From: an uncultured Gammaproteobacteria bacterium
Lineage (GTDB): Bacteria; Patescibacteriota; Microgenomatia; Levybacterales; UBA12049
Length of the DNA: 64,000 nucleotides
Direction: 5' to 3'
NCBI GenBank assembly: GCA_964503265.1
Contig: CAZCYO010000002.1
Location: forward strand, 258,604-322,603
Below are positions 19,287 through 27,563 of the stretch, piece after piece. The notes under the pieces are model-generated. The model worked only from the letters and a program-made list of their open reading frames with translations, searched no databases and was not told where the DNA came from. Within the stretch, counting starts at the first letter, position 1. Each line of letters begins with the position of its first letter. The translations under genes were made by a program, and so were the position numbers.

Positions 19287-19916
19287 ATGAAAAAAATAAA
19301 AAAGTTCCCCAACGATGATCTCATCAAAAACACCCGTATTTTCCATGAATACATAAACGACCTCGGCATGGATAATGGCTGGGATGATGGCAACCAAATT
19401 GAGAATTTCCAATATCTCAGTCGCATTGAAGAATTAACAGAAAAGCCATTTAATGGAGCATCGATCCTTGATGTGGGATGTGGTACAGGAGATCTCTCAG
19501 CATTTTTACGAGAAAAAGGGATTTCAGATTATGTCGGAATCGATATTTATGAGCCATCTCTTGAAAGAGCCAGGGAGAGATACCCTCAAGAAACATTTAT
19601 TAATGGAGATTTACTCACCATGAAATTTGAAAAAGAATTTGACTACGCTTTCTGTTCAGGAGGATTCACCCTTAACCTCACCATTGATAACTATGATTTC
19701 CTTTACTCGATGATTAGTGCTATGTGGGAATTAACGACAGTAGGCATAGCATTTAACTTCTTATCAGATGATGACCCAGACCCCGATCACGATTTATTTT
19801 TCTATGACCCAGAAAAGGTAATTGAAATATGCCAGAATATTGCACCTGAAGCTGTAATTAGCGCTGTAGTATCTCCCAATGAATATCAAGTACATGTCTA
19901 TATGTACCAGCCTTAA
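19287..19916 (+). CDS. Class I SAM-dependent methyltransferase
   Basis: Motif I ILDVGCGTGDLSAFL, motif post-I (VGIDI). Confidence 0.8.
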   Translation: MKKIKKFPNDDLIKNTRIFHEYINDLGMDNGWDDGNQIENFQYLSRIEELTEKPFNGASILDVGCGTGDLSAFLREKGISDYVGIDIYEPSLERARERYPQETFINGDLLTMKFEKEFDYAFCSGGFTLNLTIDNYDFLYSMISAMWELTTVGIAFNFLSDDDPDPDHDLFFYDPEKVIEICQNIAPEAVISAVVSPNEYQVHVYMYQP

Positions 19917-21604
19917 GCTGCATCTCTTTTGATAGGAGTAAATGTTAACTTTGGCCCTTTCGGCACTATCGGAATTACTTCTGGTTTTTTATCTGTGTTT
20001 ATATAATCTGAACCTTCTTTTACTGGTAACCGTTTTACTAGACTATCCCACTGGGACACCGGACAAAATGTTAAAAGTCCGAGGATTTCTTGTTTACTAT
20101 ACTTCTTCACTTGTAGATCCCAGATCGCTGTCGTCCAGTGGAGCAAATCTTGCTTATACCCTGTTTTAAACACATCAGACAACTTTCCATGTAACTCTTC
20201 TTGAGACATTGTATGTTGACCAATTCCTCGTGTTTTTAATTCATCGAATGCATCAGTAGTCATTAGCGCCATATATTCCTCAAAATCATCTAAAAACGCT
20301 TGTGGAACCTTATCAATTTCCTCAGCAAATATGGTAAAAAAATCATAAAGAGAACTTTGATCCATTTTCTGCCATATGGCAGAAGGAACACTTCCATCCA
20401 TATAACTCGCTAAGATTTCATCCCTAGCGTGAGCGTCAATTCCTATTTCTTTTCTTTGTAGCTTCATGTAGCGCCGATATAACGCATTCATAACCTGTTC
20501 TGTTGATCCTTGTTCATGAAGTGTTGCAAATACTCCTTCGTGTGTTAACTGATATTCGACAGGGGTGAATAGTTTATTAAATTGATGTCTTGCTTCATGC
20601 ATTTGCAGTGATTTCCTCCACTCTGCATTCTGAGACGTCACTAATCCTTTTTCAAGAACCACAGCTGCCTCAAGTGTTGGAATTTGCACTTTTCTTAGTG
20701 CAACACCTCCACTATCCATAGCTCGAATTTTCATATCGAGTGGGATGCCTTTTTCTGTTTTTAAGTACGTCCAGTTATGAGCGTTCATATAATCTGCAGT
20801 ATTCTCACATTCAAAATGGAGCGAAAATGGTGTTTTTTTGACAACTACCGTTCCCGTAGGTTCAACTCCGAAACAATCACGGAAAAAATCTGCTGGTCTT
20901 CCTTCATAGTGAACCACGTGTGCAGTTATCAAGTCTCTTTTTGTCTGGAATTTTAAAAGTGATTCGTCTATCGCAATCAATTGCTCCATCGTAAATCTTC
21001 CTTTTGGAGCTTTCGCCATGACTAACCGATTGAGTTCTTCTCGTCCTACTGCTGGGTGAGCCTCAATATGAGAACAAAGATCTTCTATGACATTACCGAG
21101 GACACGTTGTTGATTAAGAAGATTTTCTTTATACCACTTTGTTCGTGTGTCACGAACTACCCTATCTTCTGAAGTAGTCCCTTTTCGAAGAGCTTTGAGA
21201 GCTTCTGTAGGGTTAAAAGGCTCATATCCTAACTCTTTTGCTTCATCTATAGCATCGTTACGTAAATATGGTCTGCCAGGCTCAAGCACAGACAGGTCCC
21301 AATCATCCCAATTACTAACTATTTCCTCGTAAACATCTTTTTCATCTTCATAGTCTTCAAGCCCCATTCGAATTTCCTGTTTATAAAAATAGGTAGTATC
21401 TTTTTCTTCATCCGCTACTTCTTTGCTCTTGTCTCCTTTAGTATTATCTATTTGTCGTACTGCCGGATGACGTATTTCTTTTTTTTGTACGCGTGAGTTA
21501 CGTTCATCGACAGAAGGTTGAGTTGTCCTCTGAATATGTTCAATATCACTGATCGTTTTTTCTAAAGAGAATTCTGGATCCCCACCACTTCCCTCATTGT
21601 TCAT
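19913..21604 (-). CDS. Hypothetical protein (563 aa), acidic N-terminus, contains HEARH (HExxH) motif
   Basis: Long ORF with good codon structure and no recognisable domain. The HExxH at LQMHEARHQF may or may not indicate a zincin fold. Confidence 0.45.
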   Translation of the reverse strand: MNNEGSGGDPEFSLEKTISDIEHIQRTTQPSVDERNSRVQKKEIRHPAVRQIDNTKGDKSKEVADEEKDTTYFYKQEIRMGLEDYEDEKDVYEEIVSNWDDWDLSVLEPGRPYLRNDAIDEAKELGYEPFNPTEALKALRKGTTSEDRVVRDTRTKWYKENLLNQQRVLGNVIEDLCSHIEAHPAVGREELNRLVMAKAPKGRFTMEQLIAIDESLLKFQTKRDLITAHVVHYEGRPADFFRDCFGVEPTGTVVVKKTPFSLHFECENTADYMNAHNWTYLKTEKGIPLDMKIRAMDSGGVALRKVQIPTLEAAVVLEKGLVTSQNAEWRKSLQMHEARHQFNKLFTPVEYQLTHEGVFATLHEQGSTEQVMNALYRRYMKLQRKEIGIDAHARDEILASYMDGSVPSAIWQKMDQSSLYDFFTIFAEEIDKVPQAFLDDFEEYMALMTTDAFDELKTRGIGQHTMSQEELHGKLSDVFKTGYKQDLLHWTTAIWDLQVKKYSKQEILGLLTFCPVSQWDSLVKRLPVKEGSDYINTDKKPEVIPIVPKGPKLTFTPIKRDAA

Positions 21605-21745
21605 TTATCTATCGTAACATATAAAGATTTGCTATTTCGATATGTATATCAAAGACTATTTGCATGGAGAAAAAAATATAACACGCACTCTGCCTTGCGC
21701 TGTTACCGTGGATTCCAATTACGTTTTTAGTGGGTATATTGTTAC

Positions 21746-22663
21746 TTACGAAATAGAAGCAAATCGTTCTGGGTGTTCTGCCTTATAATCCCGACATCCC
21801 ATGGGGCATAACATCGTTTCTTCACCTTTTAGACAATCCTTACACGCGATAAAGTGGCGGTGACAGAAATTGAAGCTACAATTTATATAATTTTCACTTG
21901 GTTTATGACATACAACACATGTTCCAATTATTTTTCGATTCGGATCATCCATATTAAATGACATCACGAGACGACTATCAAACACATAGAGCGATCCCTG
22001 AAAATCTTCACCAGGATATTTTTCCATATATGTCACAATTCCGCCATAGAGTTGATACACATCGTTAAAACCATGTTTTACTAAAAATCCTGATGCTTTC
22101 TCACACCGCACGCCACCAGTACAGACAGTTACAATTGTTTTATCTTTTAAATTATCGAGAACTGATACTTTTTCTTTCAAATCGCGAAAATTATTAAAAT
22201 CAGGAAAAATCGAATTCTCAAATTTCCCGACATTAAATTCATAATCGTTTCGCATATCGACGATCACGAACTCCTTTTCTGAATGAATCCATTCGTGTAG
22301 TTCTTCTGCTTGAATATATTTCCCTGTCGTCTTCGTCGGATCGACATCATCTTCACCCAGATGTGTCGCAACGATTTCAGGGCGAACTTTAATCGAAAGT
22401 TTTGGAAACGCATTTCCCGTTCCTTCACTTCTTTTTATATGCACATCTGAAAACCTTGGATCTTTCAGTAGCTTCTCGACATACAGTTCGACTTGCTTCG
22501 CTGTTCCTTCAAATGTCCCATTAATTCCTTCATGTGCGATAATCATTCGCCCCTTGAGATTTAGTTTTTCCGCCAAGACACGCTGAGAAATCCGAAGCAA
22601 TTCTGGATTATCAATCTGGATATATTTATAAAATAAAATAATAGTATATTTCTCCTGTTTCAT
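21746..22663 (-). CDS. trhO: Rhodanese-domain tRNA U34 hydroxylase TrhO (UPF0176/YceA family)
   Basis: UPF0176 N-domain (MIIAHEGINGTFEG), rhodanese Cys loop CTGGVRCEKA, C-terminal Cys-rich tail. Confidence 0.8.
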   Translation of the reverse strand: MKQEKYTIILFYKYIQIDNPELLRISQRVLAEKLNLKGRMIIAHEGINGTFEGTAKQVELYVEKLLKDPRFSDVHIKRSEGTGNAFPKLSIKVRPEIVATHLGEDDVDPTKTTGKYIQAEELHEWIHSEKEFVIVDMRNDYEFNVGKFENSIFPDFNNFRDLKEKVSVLDNLKDKTIVTVCTGGVRCEKASGFLVKHGFNDVYQLYGGIVTYMEKYPGEDFQGSLYVFDSRLVMSFNMDDPNRKIIGTCVVCHKPSENYINCSFNFCHRHFIACKDCLKGEETMLCPMGCRDYKAEHPERFASIS

Positions 22664-22671
22664 ACAGTTTC

Positions 22672-22870
22672 GTCATTCTGGAAAGTAAGCAGAACCAGGT
22701 ATAGGCTTGTACTTGGCGAAGCGCTCTTTACCAGAATCATTGTATTTTACTATGGAATGCGATCCTGAGCAATGATCTAGACCTTGTCATTCTGGAGCAA
22801 GTATTAACGCAGCTATAGAATCCCAATTTAGTGTAAGATCCTATCGTGATAGTTTCCACTCCAGGATGAC
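22672..22870. repeat. Composite MITE-like element, family A (terminal GTCATTCTGG / CCAGGATGAC inverted repeats, internal second unit)
   Basis: Starts cgtcattctggaaagtaagc..., contains ttgtcattctggagcaagt...ctatagaatccc, ends ccaggatgac. Related copies at 25252-25338, 5622-5653, 33805-33884. Confidence 0.6.
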
Positions 22871-22877
22871 ATTAAAT

Positions 22878-23216
22878 CTACTTCTTTGCAGTCATACTAA
22901 CAGCTACTGCTTTTTCTACCCACTCACCTATTTCTTCTCTATTTTCTAGGATCTCTGATGGAAGAATATAGTAATTAAGGGAAACTTGTTTTTTATTTTT
23001 CCCTTCATACATAAATGGTGTACTTCCCCTATCAATATATTCTTTTCGTGTTGAATCATTCACTTTAAAATATAGTTGATCTTCAATAATCATCCCGAAA
23101 ATGATTCCATCTTTATATAACCCAAACCCGCCAAACATCCCCCGACTTGTTATTCCAGGTACATCTGTCAGCACTTCTTCAAGAATATATTGTAAAAATC
23201 CAGTATCTCGACTCAT
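22878..23216 (-). CDS. TfoX/Sxy N-terminal-domain protein
   Basis: MFGGFGLYKDGIIFGMIIEDQLYFKV pattern characteristic of the TfoX N-terminal domain. Confidence 0.7.
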   Translation of the reverse strand: MSRDTGFLQYILEEVLTDVPGITSRGMFGGFGLYKDGIIFGMIIEDQLYFKVNDSTRKEYIDRGSTPFMYEGKNKKQVSLNYYILPSEILENREEIGEWVEKAVAVSMTAKK

Positions 23217-23250
23217 CTATAGAGTATAGCAAAGTAGCTTTGTCTGTCTT

Positions 23251-24072
23251 CTATGCAGCAATCTGTCGGAAGGCAGCTGCATGATGACCGCGGAGTCTGA
23301 GATGTGGGGAGATCGTAGATATAAATCTCTGTGATTCTCGCCCGTAAACCCGCCACTGAAATGAATCATGCTGTGTACGACGCACCTGACCATCGATGAC
23401 AATTTCAGAACCACTTGGTTTTGTCATCTCGACAGTTCCACCAAACCGATTTGCCATAACACGAAGCAGGTCTTCTTTCGTCGATGAAATTCCATTCCCA
23501 AGTCCGGAAGGGTGATTTGGATTAGTTGGATTATGGATTGAACCACGAGCATCGTAAATACCTGCTACCCATGTATCGAGTAACACTAATCGCTCATAGT
23601 CGCTACTCCCTGAAACTTCTTCTTCATATTCTCCATTTTTATAGGCATGATATATCTCCATTTTTTCTTCATTTGAATTAGCATCACGTATATCTCTATA
23701 TGCTCTAAGTATTCCTTTTCTTCCAGGTGTGAAGTTATCAATACCTTCGACAAATACACCCGCACGTTTCCCTTGCACTTCAATTCGCACTGACTCTCCT
23801 CTTCTTCTCATGCTGATTTCGTTTCCACCTTGTTGAAACATGGGCATGAGGTTGGCAATAACGAGTGGGTCATCATCTGAATATCGCACCGCTAATGAAG
23901 GATATGTATAGATATTCCCGTAGTCGAGTTTGGATTTTTGCACTAAACTAAGTTCTCCAGCAATTGATAACATTCCCCCACGGTGTTCGGAGGGAGAAAG
24001 TCTTAGCGTTTCTTTCGTTTCAGGGATAATTACTTCATGTGGTATTGGAAGTGGTCCATGTTCACGAGGCAT
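23251..24072 (-). CDS. High-GC hypothetical protein with C-terminal LAGLIDADG-like homing-endonuclease fold (second acidic residue replaced: VAGIYDARGS)
   Basis: LLDTWVAGIYDARGSIH... plus downstream KEDLLRVMANRFGGTV...WRVYGRESQRFISTISPHLRL resemble single-motif LAGLIDADG domains. N-terminal 150 aa unknown. GC about 50% versus about 35% host. Confidence 0.5.
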   Translation of the reverse strand: MPREHGPLPIPHEVIIPETKETLRLSPSEHRGGMLSIAGELSLVQKSKLDYGNIYTYPSLAVRYSDDDPLVIANLMPMFQQGGNEISMRRRGESVRIEVQGKRAGVFVEGIDNFTPGRKGILRAYRDIRDANSNEEKMEIYHAYKNGEYEEEVSGSSDYERLVLLDTWVAGIYDARGSIHNPTNPNHPSGLGNGISSTKEDLLRVMANRFGGTVEMTKPSGSEIVIDGQVRRTQHDSFQWRVYGRESQRFISTISPHLRLRGHHAAAFRQIAA

Positions 24073-24192
24073 ACACTCACACTATAGTTCTGTTACAGAT
24101 AAATTTCAAGTCGATATTCCGGAGTCACAGTATAACGGTGATCTGAGCATGCTTTAATCTCGATTACTATCCTAATAACAACGAATTAAATG

Positions 24193-24277
24193 CGGAGAGG
24201 GCGAGATTCGGACTCGCGAAACCTTGCGGTTCGGCGGTTTAGTAAACCGCTGCACTCGACCACTATGCGACCTCTCC
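24193..24277 (-). tRNA. tRNA-Ser-like (type II, long variable arm, G73), anticodon loop UUACUAA (anticodon ACU), atypical C55 in T-loop
   Basis: Minus strand GGAGAGG-UC-GCA-UAGUGGUCGAG-UGC-A-GCGGU-UUACUAA-ACCGC-CGAACCGCAAGGUUUC-GCGAG-UCCGAAU-CUCGC-CCUCUCC-G folds as a cloverleaf closely parallel to E. coli tRNA-Ser. A34 and C55 are unusual, so it may be a pseudo-tRNA. Confidence 0.55.
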
Positions 24278-24369
24278 TTAATAAATTGTTCTAACGTTCT
24301 TATTATTCTGTTTTCCGTGATGTTGCCTCCGGCTCGACCAACCCTAAAGGGTCTCGCTTCGCTCGATAT

Positions 24370-24426
24370 GCGACCTCTCCATAATTTACTTAAGTTTTAG
24401 GTCGTCCTGTTGAGGGCGACCTCTCC
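24370..24426 (-). repeat. Two partial duplications of the tRNA 5' end (GGAGAGGTCGC)
   Basis: GCGACCTCTCC recurs at 24370-24380 and 24416-24426 (and at the tRNA itself, 24267-24277). The intervening sequence contains tRNA-like fragments (GGUCGAG). Confidence 0.55.
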
Positions 24427-24451
24427 GAGTCACGATATTGTAGCAGAAAAT

Positions 24452-25258
24452 CTATATTTGACCAAGAAGATATGCCTTTCGTTCTTCCTTTGTGAATCGT
24501 TCAATAGCATAACGAAGCATGGTTCTTGGCATAGTTTTATAATATTTATTTAGAAATTCTTTTTCTGCTTTTTCTGAAACTCTTTTTCCAACTTCTCGAA
24601 GCAACCATCCTACTGCTTTATGGATAAGGTCATGCGTATCATGAAGAAGGATCTCAGCGATTGTAAATGTAATATCTGATTCTCCATTCATAATAAAGGG
24701 AAAGGTAGCGATAATGGAAATTCTTCTCTCCCAAAGATTTTCTGAATAAGCAAGTTTCGTTAATACCTCTGTATGTTTGTCATTCCCGTGAAAATCACGA
24801 TCCTCCGAAGGGGGACGGGAATCTATTTGAAGAGATCCCGTGTCTCGTCGAGGATGACATTGAGTGTAGAGATATCCTCCCACAATATACCCAGCTGAGC
24901 TGTCGATTAAATCCCAGTTATTAATATAGACAGTATTTGCTAGATATAGATCGTATATCTCTTTTTTAACTGTCTCATCTCCTTTTTGGAATTGATGAAT
25001 AAGAATAAAAAGCGCGATAAGACGTTCTTCGTGATATTTCGACTGGAGCAATGATAGAACATCTGTGCGCGAAAGCTCGAAATAGCGTTTAGCAACCGCT
25101 CGAGATTGTGGAACAGTAAGTCCTACAAAAACATCTCCATATCCGTACTCTCCTTCTTTTGTTTTAAAAAACCTCTGTGAAGCTTTCGCTTTTTCAAGAC
25201 TTCCAAGTGTATGAATTTCTTCTTTAATATTTTCTAATGTGTTCATAGATGATGTCAT
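24452..25258 (-). CDS. DNA alkylation repair glycosylase, AlkD/HEAT-like repeat family, carrying an in-frame 85-bp repeat insertion
   Basis: AlkD-like helices (WDLIDSSAGYIVG, KAVGWLLREVGK). Residues about 131-160 (YTQCHPRRDTGSLQIDSRPPSEDRDFHGND) are encoded by a copy of the family-B palindromic repeat. Confidence 0.7.
   Translation of the reverse strand: MTSSMNTLENIKEEIHTLGSLEKAKASQRFFKTKEGEYGYGDVFVGLTVPQSRAVAKRYFELSRTDVLSLLQSKYHEERLIALFILIHQFQKGDETVKKEIYDLYLANTVYINNWDLIDSSAGYIVGGYLYTQCHPRRDTGSLQIDSRPPSEDRDFHGNDKHTEVLTKLAYSENLWERRISIIATFPFIMNGESDITFTIAEILLHDTHDLIHKAVGWLLREVGKRVSEKAEKEFLNKYYKTMPRTMLRYAIERFTKEERKAYLLGQI
24778..24862. repeat. MITE-like palindromic repeat, family B, inserted in-frame within the alkD-like CDS
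   Basis: tgtcattcccgtgaaaatcacgatcctccgaagggggacgggaatctatttgaagagatcccgtgtctcgtcgaggatgacattg is about 85% identical to the intergenic copy at 63783-63866. Confidence 0.75.
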
Positions 25259-25338
25259 TCTGGAAAGTAAGCGGAGCGCTCTTTACCAGAATCGATTCCG
25301 GACCACGATTTAATCGGTGCGGATGAGCCGGAATGACA
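25252..25338. repeat. MITE-like element family A with 12-bp TIRs (ATGTCATTCTGG / CCGGAATGACAT)
   Basis: Intergenic between the alkD-like gene and the FKBP gene. Internal CGATTTAATCGG motif shared with the element at about 3320-3345. Confidence 0.6.
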
Positions 25339-25454
25339 TTACACATTATAACCCATTTCTTACTCGACAAAGTCTGTTTTGTCTGATAAGGTATGTCTAT
25401 ATTCTTCGAGCAAAGAGAGAAGTAGTTCTCATTTCATTCGAACGATAATCATAC

Positions 25455-25781
25455 ATGGATAAATTAAAAATTGAAGAAATAAAAATAGGAAAAGGCGAAG
25501 TGGTCAAAGAAGGCGACCATGTCATCATGCACTATACAGGCTGGCTTGAGGATGGCACGAAATTTGATTCATCATATGATCGTGATCAAGCATTTGAAAC
25601 AGCTATCGGTGTCGGATACGTTATTAAAGGCTGGGATATGGGAGTACCTGGAATGAAAGTTGGAGGGAAAAGAAAACTTACTATTCCCCATCATTTAGGA
25701 TACGGTAAATATGGCGTTGAACCTTCCATTCCTCCCCTAGCAACGCTCATTTTTGAAGTAGAACTCCTCGGAAAGAAATAA
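25455..25781 (+). CDS. FKBP-type peptidyl-prolyl cis-trans isomerase
   Basis: FKBP signature ([21 protein letters not shown]...[27 protein letters not shown]...LIFEVELL). Confidence 0.9.
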   Translation: MDKLKIEEIKIGKGEVVKEGDHVIMHYTGWLEDGTKFDSSYDRDQAFETAIGVGYVIKGWDMGVPGMKVGGKRKLTIPHHLGYGKYGVEPSIPPLATLIFEVELLGKK

Positions 25782-25855
25782 GTATTCTCTGTAGGTTTCC
25801 GAGAGGCAGAAAAGCGTTCGCTTCTCCACCCCTCGGTATTGTCGTCTTCTGTAAG

Positions 25856-26674
25856 CTACGGCATCACCCTTCGTACATGGCTCAAAGATCCAAACATGCC
25901 AGTGCGAACAAGGTGTGCCGGAATAACGAAGTCACCGTTCATAAGTTTGCCTGTAACTTCCATGCCGAGCACTTGCGTAGGCAAGAAAGCCCGCAGTTGA
26001 GGACTCAGCGAGTCCTCATACCAGACTGGACAGCCAGCGTCTTCAGGAAGCTGGAACGAGCTGAAGAAGATCCAGTGATCCACGTCAACGAGTCCCCTCT
26101 GCGGGATGCCACCAGTATGAGCATCGATCCCCGGCAGCCGGAAGACGTTAGGTTCGGATGTGCGATACCACACCATGATCGGTGTAGCTTTCATCGCCTC
26201 GTAGTTGTCAAAGCAACACAGTGCGAACGAAAACCCCGGATAGCTCTCCGCGTAGAACGAGACGAGCTCTGGGCTAATCTTCGGCCGCTGGTTCTCAGGG
26301 ACCTGCAGAAGCGCTGCCGGGATGAGAGTCGGATCAGAGGTCAGAAGCACGGTATAGATACCATGCCTGAAGACCTCAACAGATTTCGCCCCACTCGAAC
26401 GAGTCGAGAACCCAAGTGACCTCAAAGGAGGAGAGATGGCATACCGCATATCACGCATGATACGTGGACAACTTTCCGTCGGGATGAAGTTCGCCTGCGT
26501 CACCGGCTCACCACCCGGGATATGCAGAAGCATACAGTTGGGACCGTAGGGAGAGAGATTCTTGGCAGAGTTCTCATACACCATAACACGGATCTCTCCG
26601 AGTGTGGGATGATTGACTTCACCGAGAAATACGGATGTTCCGCTCAATTGTGCTGGAGCACTCGTAACACACAT
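25856..26674 (-). CDS. High-GC hypothetical protein (272 aa)
   Basis: Longest ORF spanning an about 0.85 kb patch of about 55% GC. No recognisable domain. The overlapping plus-strand ORF 25877-26419 is Arg-rich and looks antisense. Confidence 0.35.
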   Translation of the reverse strand: MCVTSAPAQLSGTSVFLGEVNHPTLGEIRVMVYENSAKNLSPYGPNCMLLHIPGGEPVTQANFIPTESCPRIMRDMRYAISPPLRSLGFSTRSSGAKSVEVFRHGIYTVLLTSDPTLIPAALLQVPENQRPKISPELVSFYAESYPGFSFALCCFDNYEAMKATPIMVWYRTSEPNVFRLPGIDAHTGGIPQRGLVDVDHWIFFSSFQLPEDAGCPVWYEDSLSPQLRAFLPTQVLGMEVTGKLMNGDFVIPAHLVRTGMFGSLSHVRRVMP

Positions 26675-26918
26675 GGGATAGTTCTCCTTCTTGCGTTCGA
26701 GGCCATCTATCTCGAGTCATTCATCAGTCTCTCGGCGTTGCAGTAACTGGCATTCCTCCTTATGCCTGTACTACGTATAAGACTGATTGATGGCTTTCTA
26801 TTTCGATCATGTCGAAACAGAAAATCACCAACCAATCGTTGGTATACAGACAAAGGATAGCTATTAAAGAGCGACGCGAGAATTTTATCAAACCAAGAAG
26901 TAAATATCAACTATAGGG

Positions 26919-27485
26919 TTATTTTCCCGCGAATGGATTATGAATGATTTCGAAGTCCTTTGTCGGCCAGAAACGAACCATTGATCGTCCCACAATGTTT
27001 ATTTTTCTAAGCGGTCCCCATTCTCTTGAATCAGAACTATTTGGTCTATTATCTCCCATCACAAAAAACGTATCTTCTGGAACACTGACAGTATCTCCAT
27101 CACGCATAAACGATTCACCATATGTCATAACTTCAGGTTTTAAATAGGAACTTTCATCAAAGAGCACTCCATTTACAAACACATGACCATCTGCTATCTG
27201 CACTGTTTCTCCAGGAAGTGCAATAATTCGTTTAATATATAACTTATCTTGTTCAACTGGCGAATGGAATACGATGACATCTCCCCTCACTAATTTATTC
27301 TGTTTTACTGCAAATAAATTACTGAGCAGTAAATCCTGATCATGAAATGTTGGATACATCGATAACCCACTGACTTGATGCGGTTGTATAATAAAAACAT
27401 AGAGAAAAAGAAAAAAAGAAATAACAAGTAACACTGCTTGAAACGAATCGAGAAAAAATAAAAAAATTCTGCGTGCAACACTCAT
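26919..27485 (-). CDS. lepB: Signal peptidase I (S26)
   Basis: Catalytic Ser (GLSMYPT), Lys (YIKRIIALPGE), box E GDNRPNSSDSR. Confidence 0.9.
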   Translation of the reverse strand: MSVARRIFLFFLDSFQAVLLVISFFLFLYVFIIQPHQVSGLSMYPTFHDQDLLLSNLFAVKQNKLVRGDVIVFHSPVEQDKLYIKRIIALPGETVQIADGHVFVNGVLFDESSYLKPEVMTYGESFMRDGDTVSVPEDTFFVMGDNRPNSSDSREWGPLRKINIVGRSMVRFWPTKDFEIIHNPFAGK

Positions 27486-27563
27486 AGGTATAGTCTATTT
27501 TGAGCTAAATACAAACACCTTGTCAAATTAAAATAATCACTATTCCCAAGTAACACTTACGGA

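Noticed and set aside
23217-23414. 65-aa ORF overlapping the 3' end of the LAGLIDADG-like gene
   Set aside because: Embedded in the longer same-strand gene in another frame. High-GC artefact.
25877-26419. 180-aa plus-strand ORF in the 25.85-26.7 kb high-GC patch
   Set aside because: Arg-rich, overlaps the longer 272-aa minus-strand ORF, which was preferred. Neither has a recognisable domain, so the strand choice remains uncertain.
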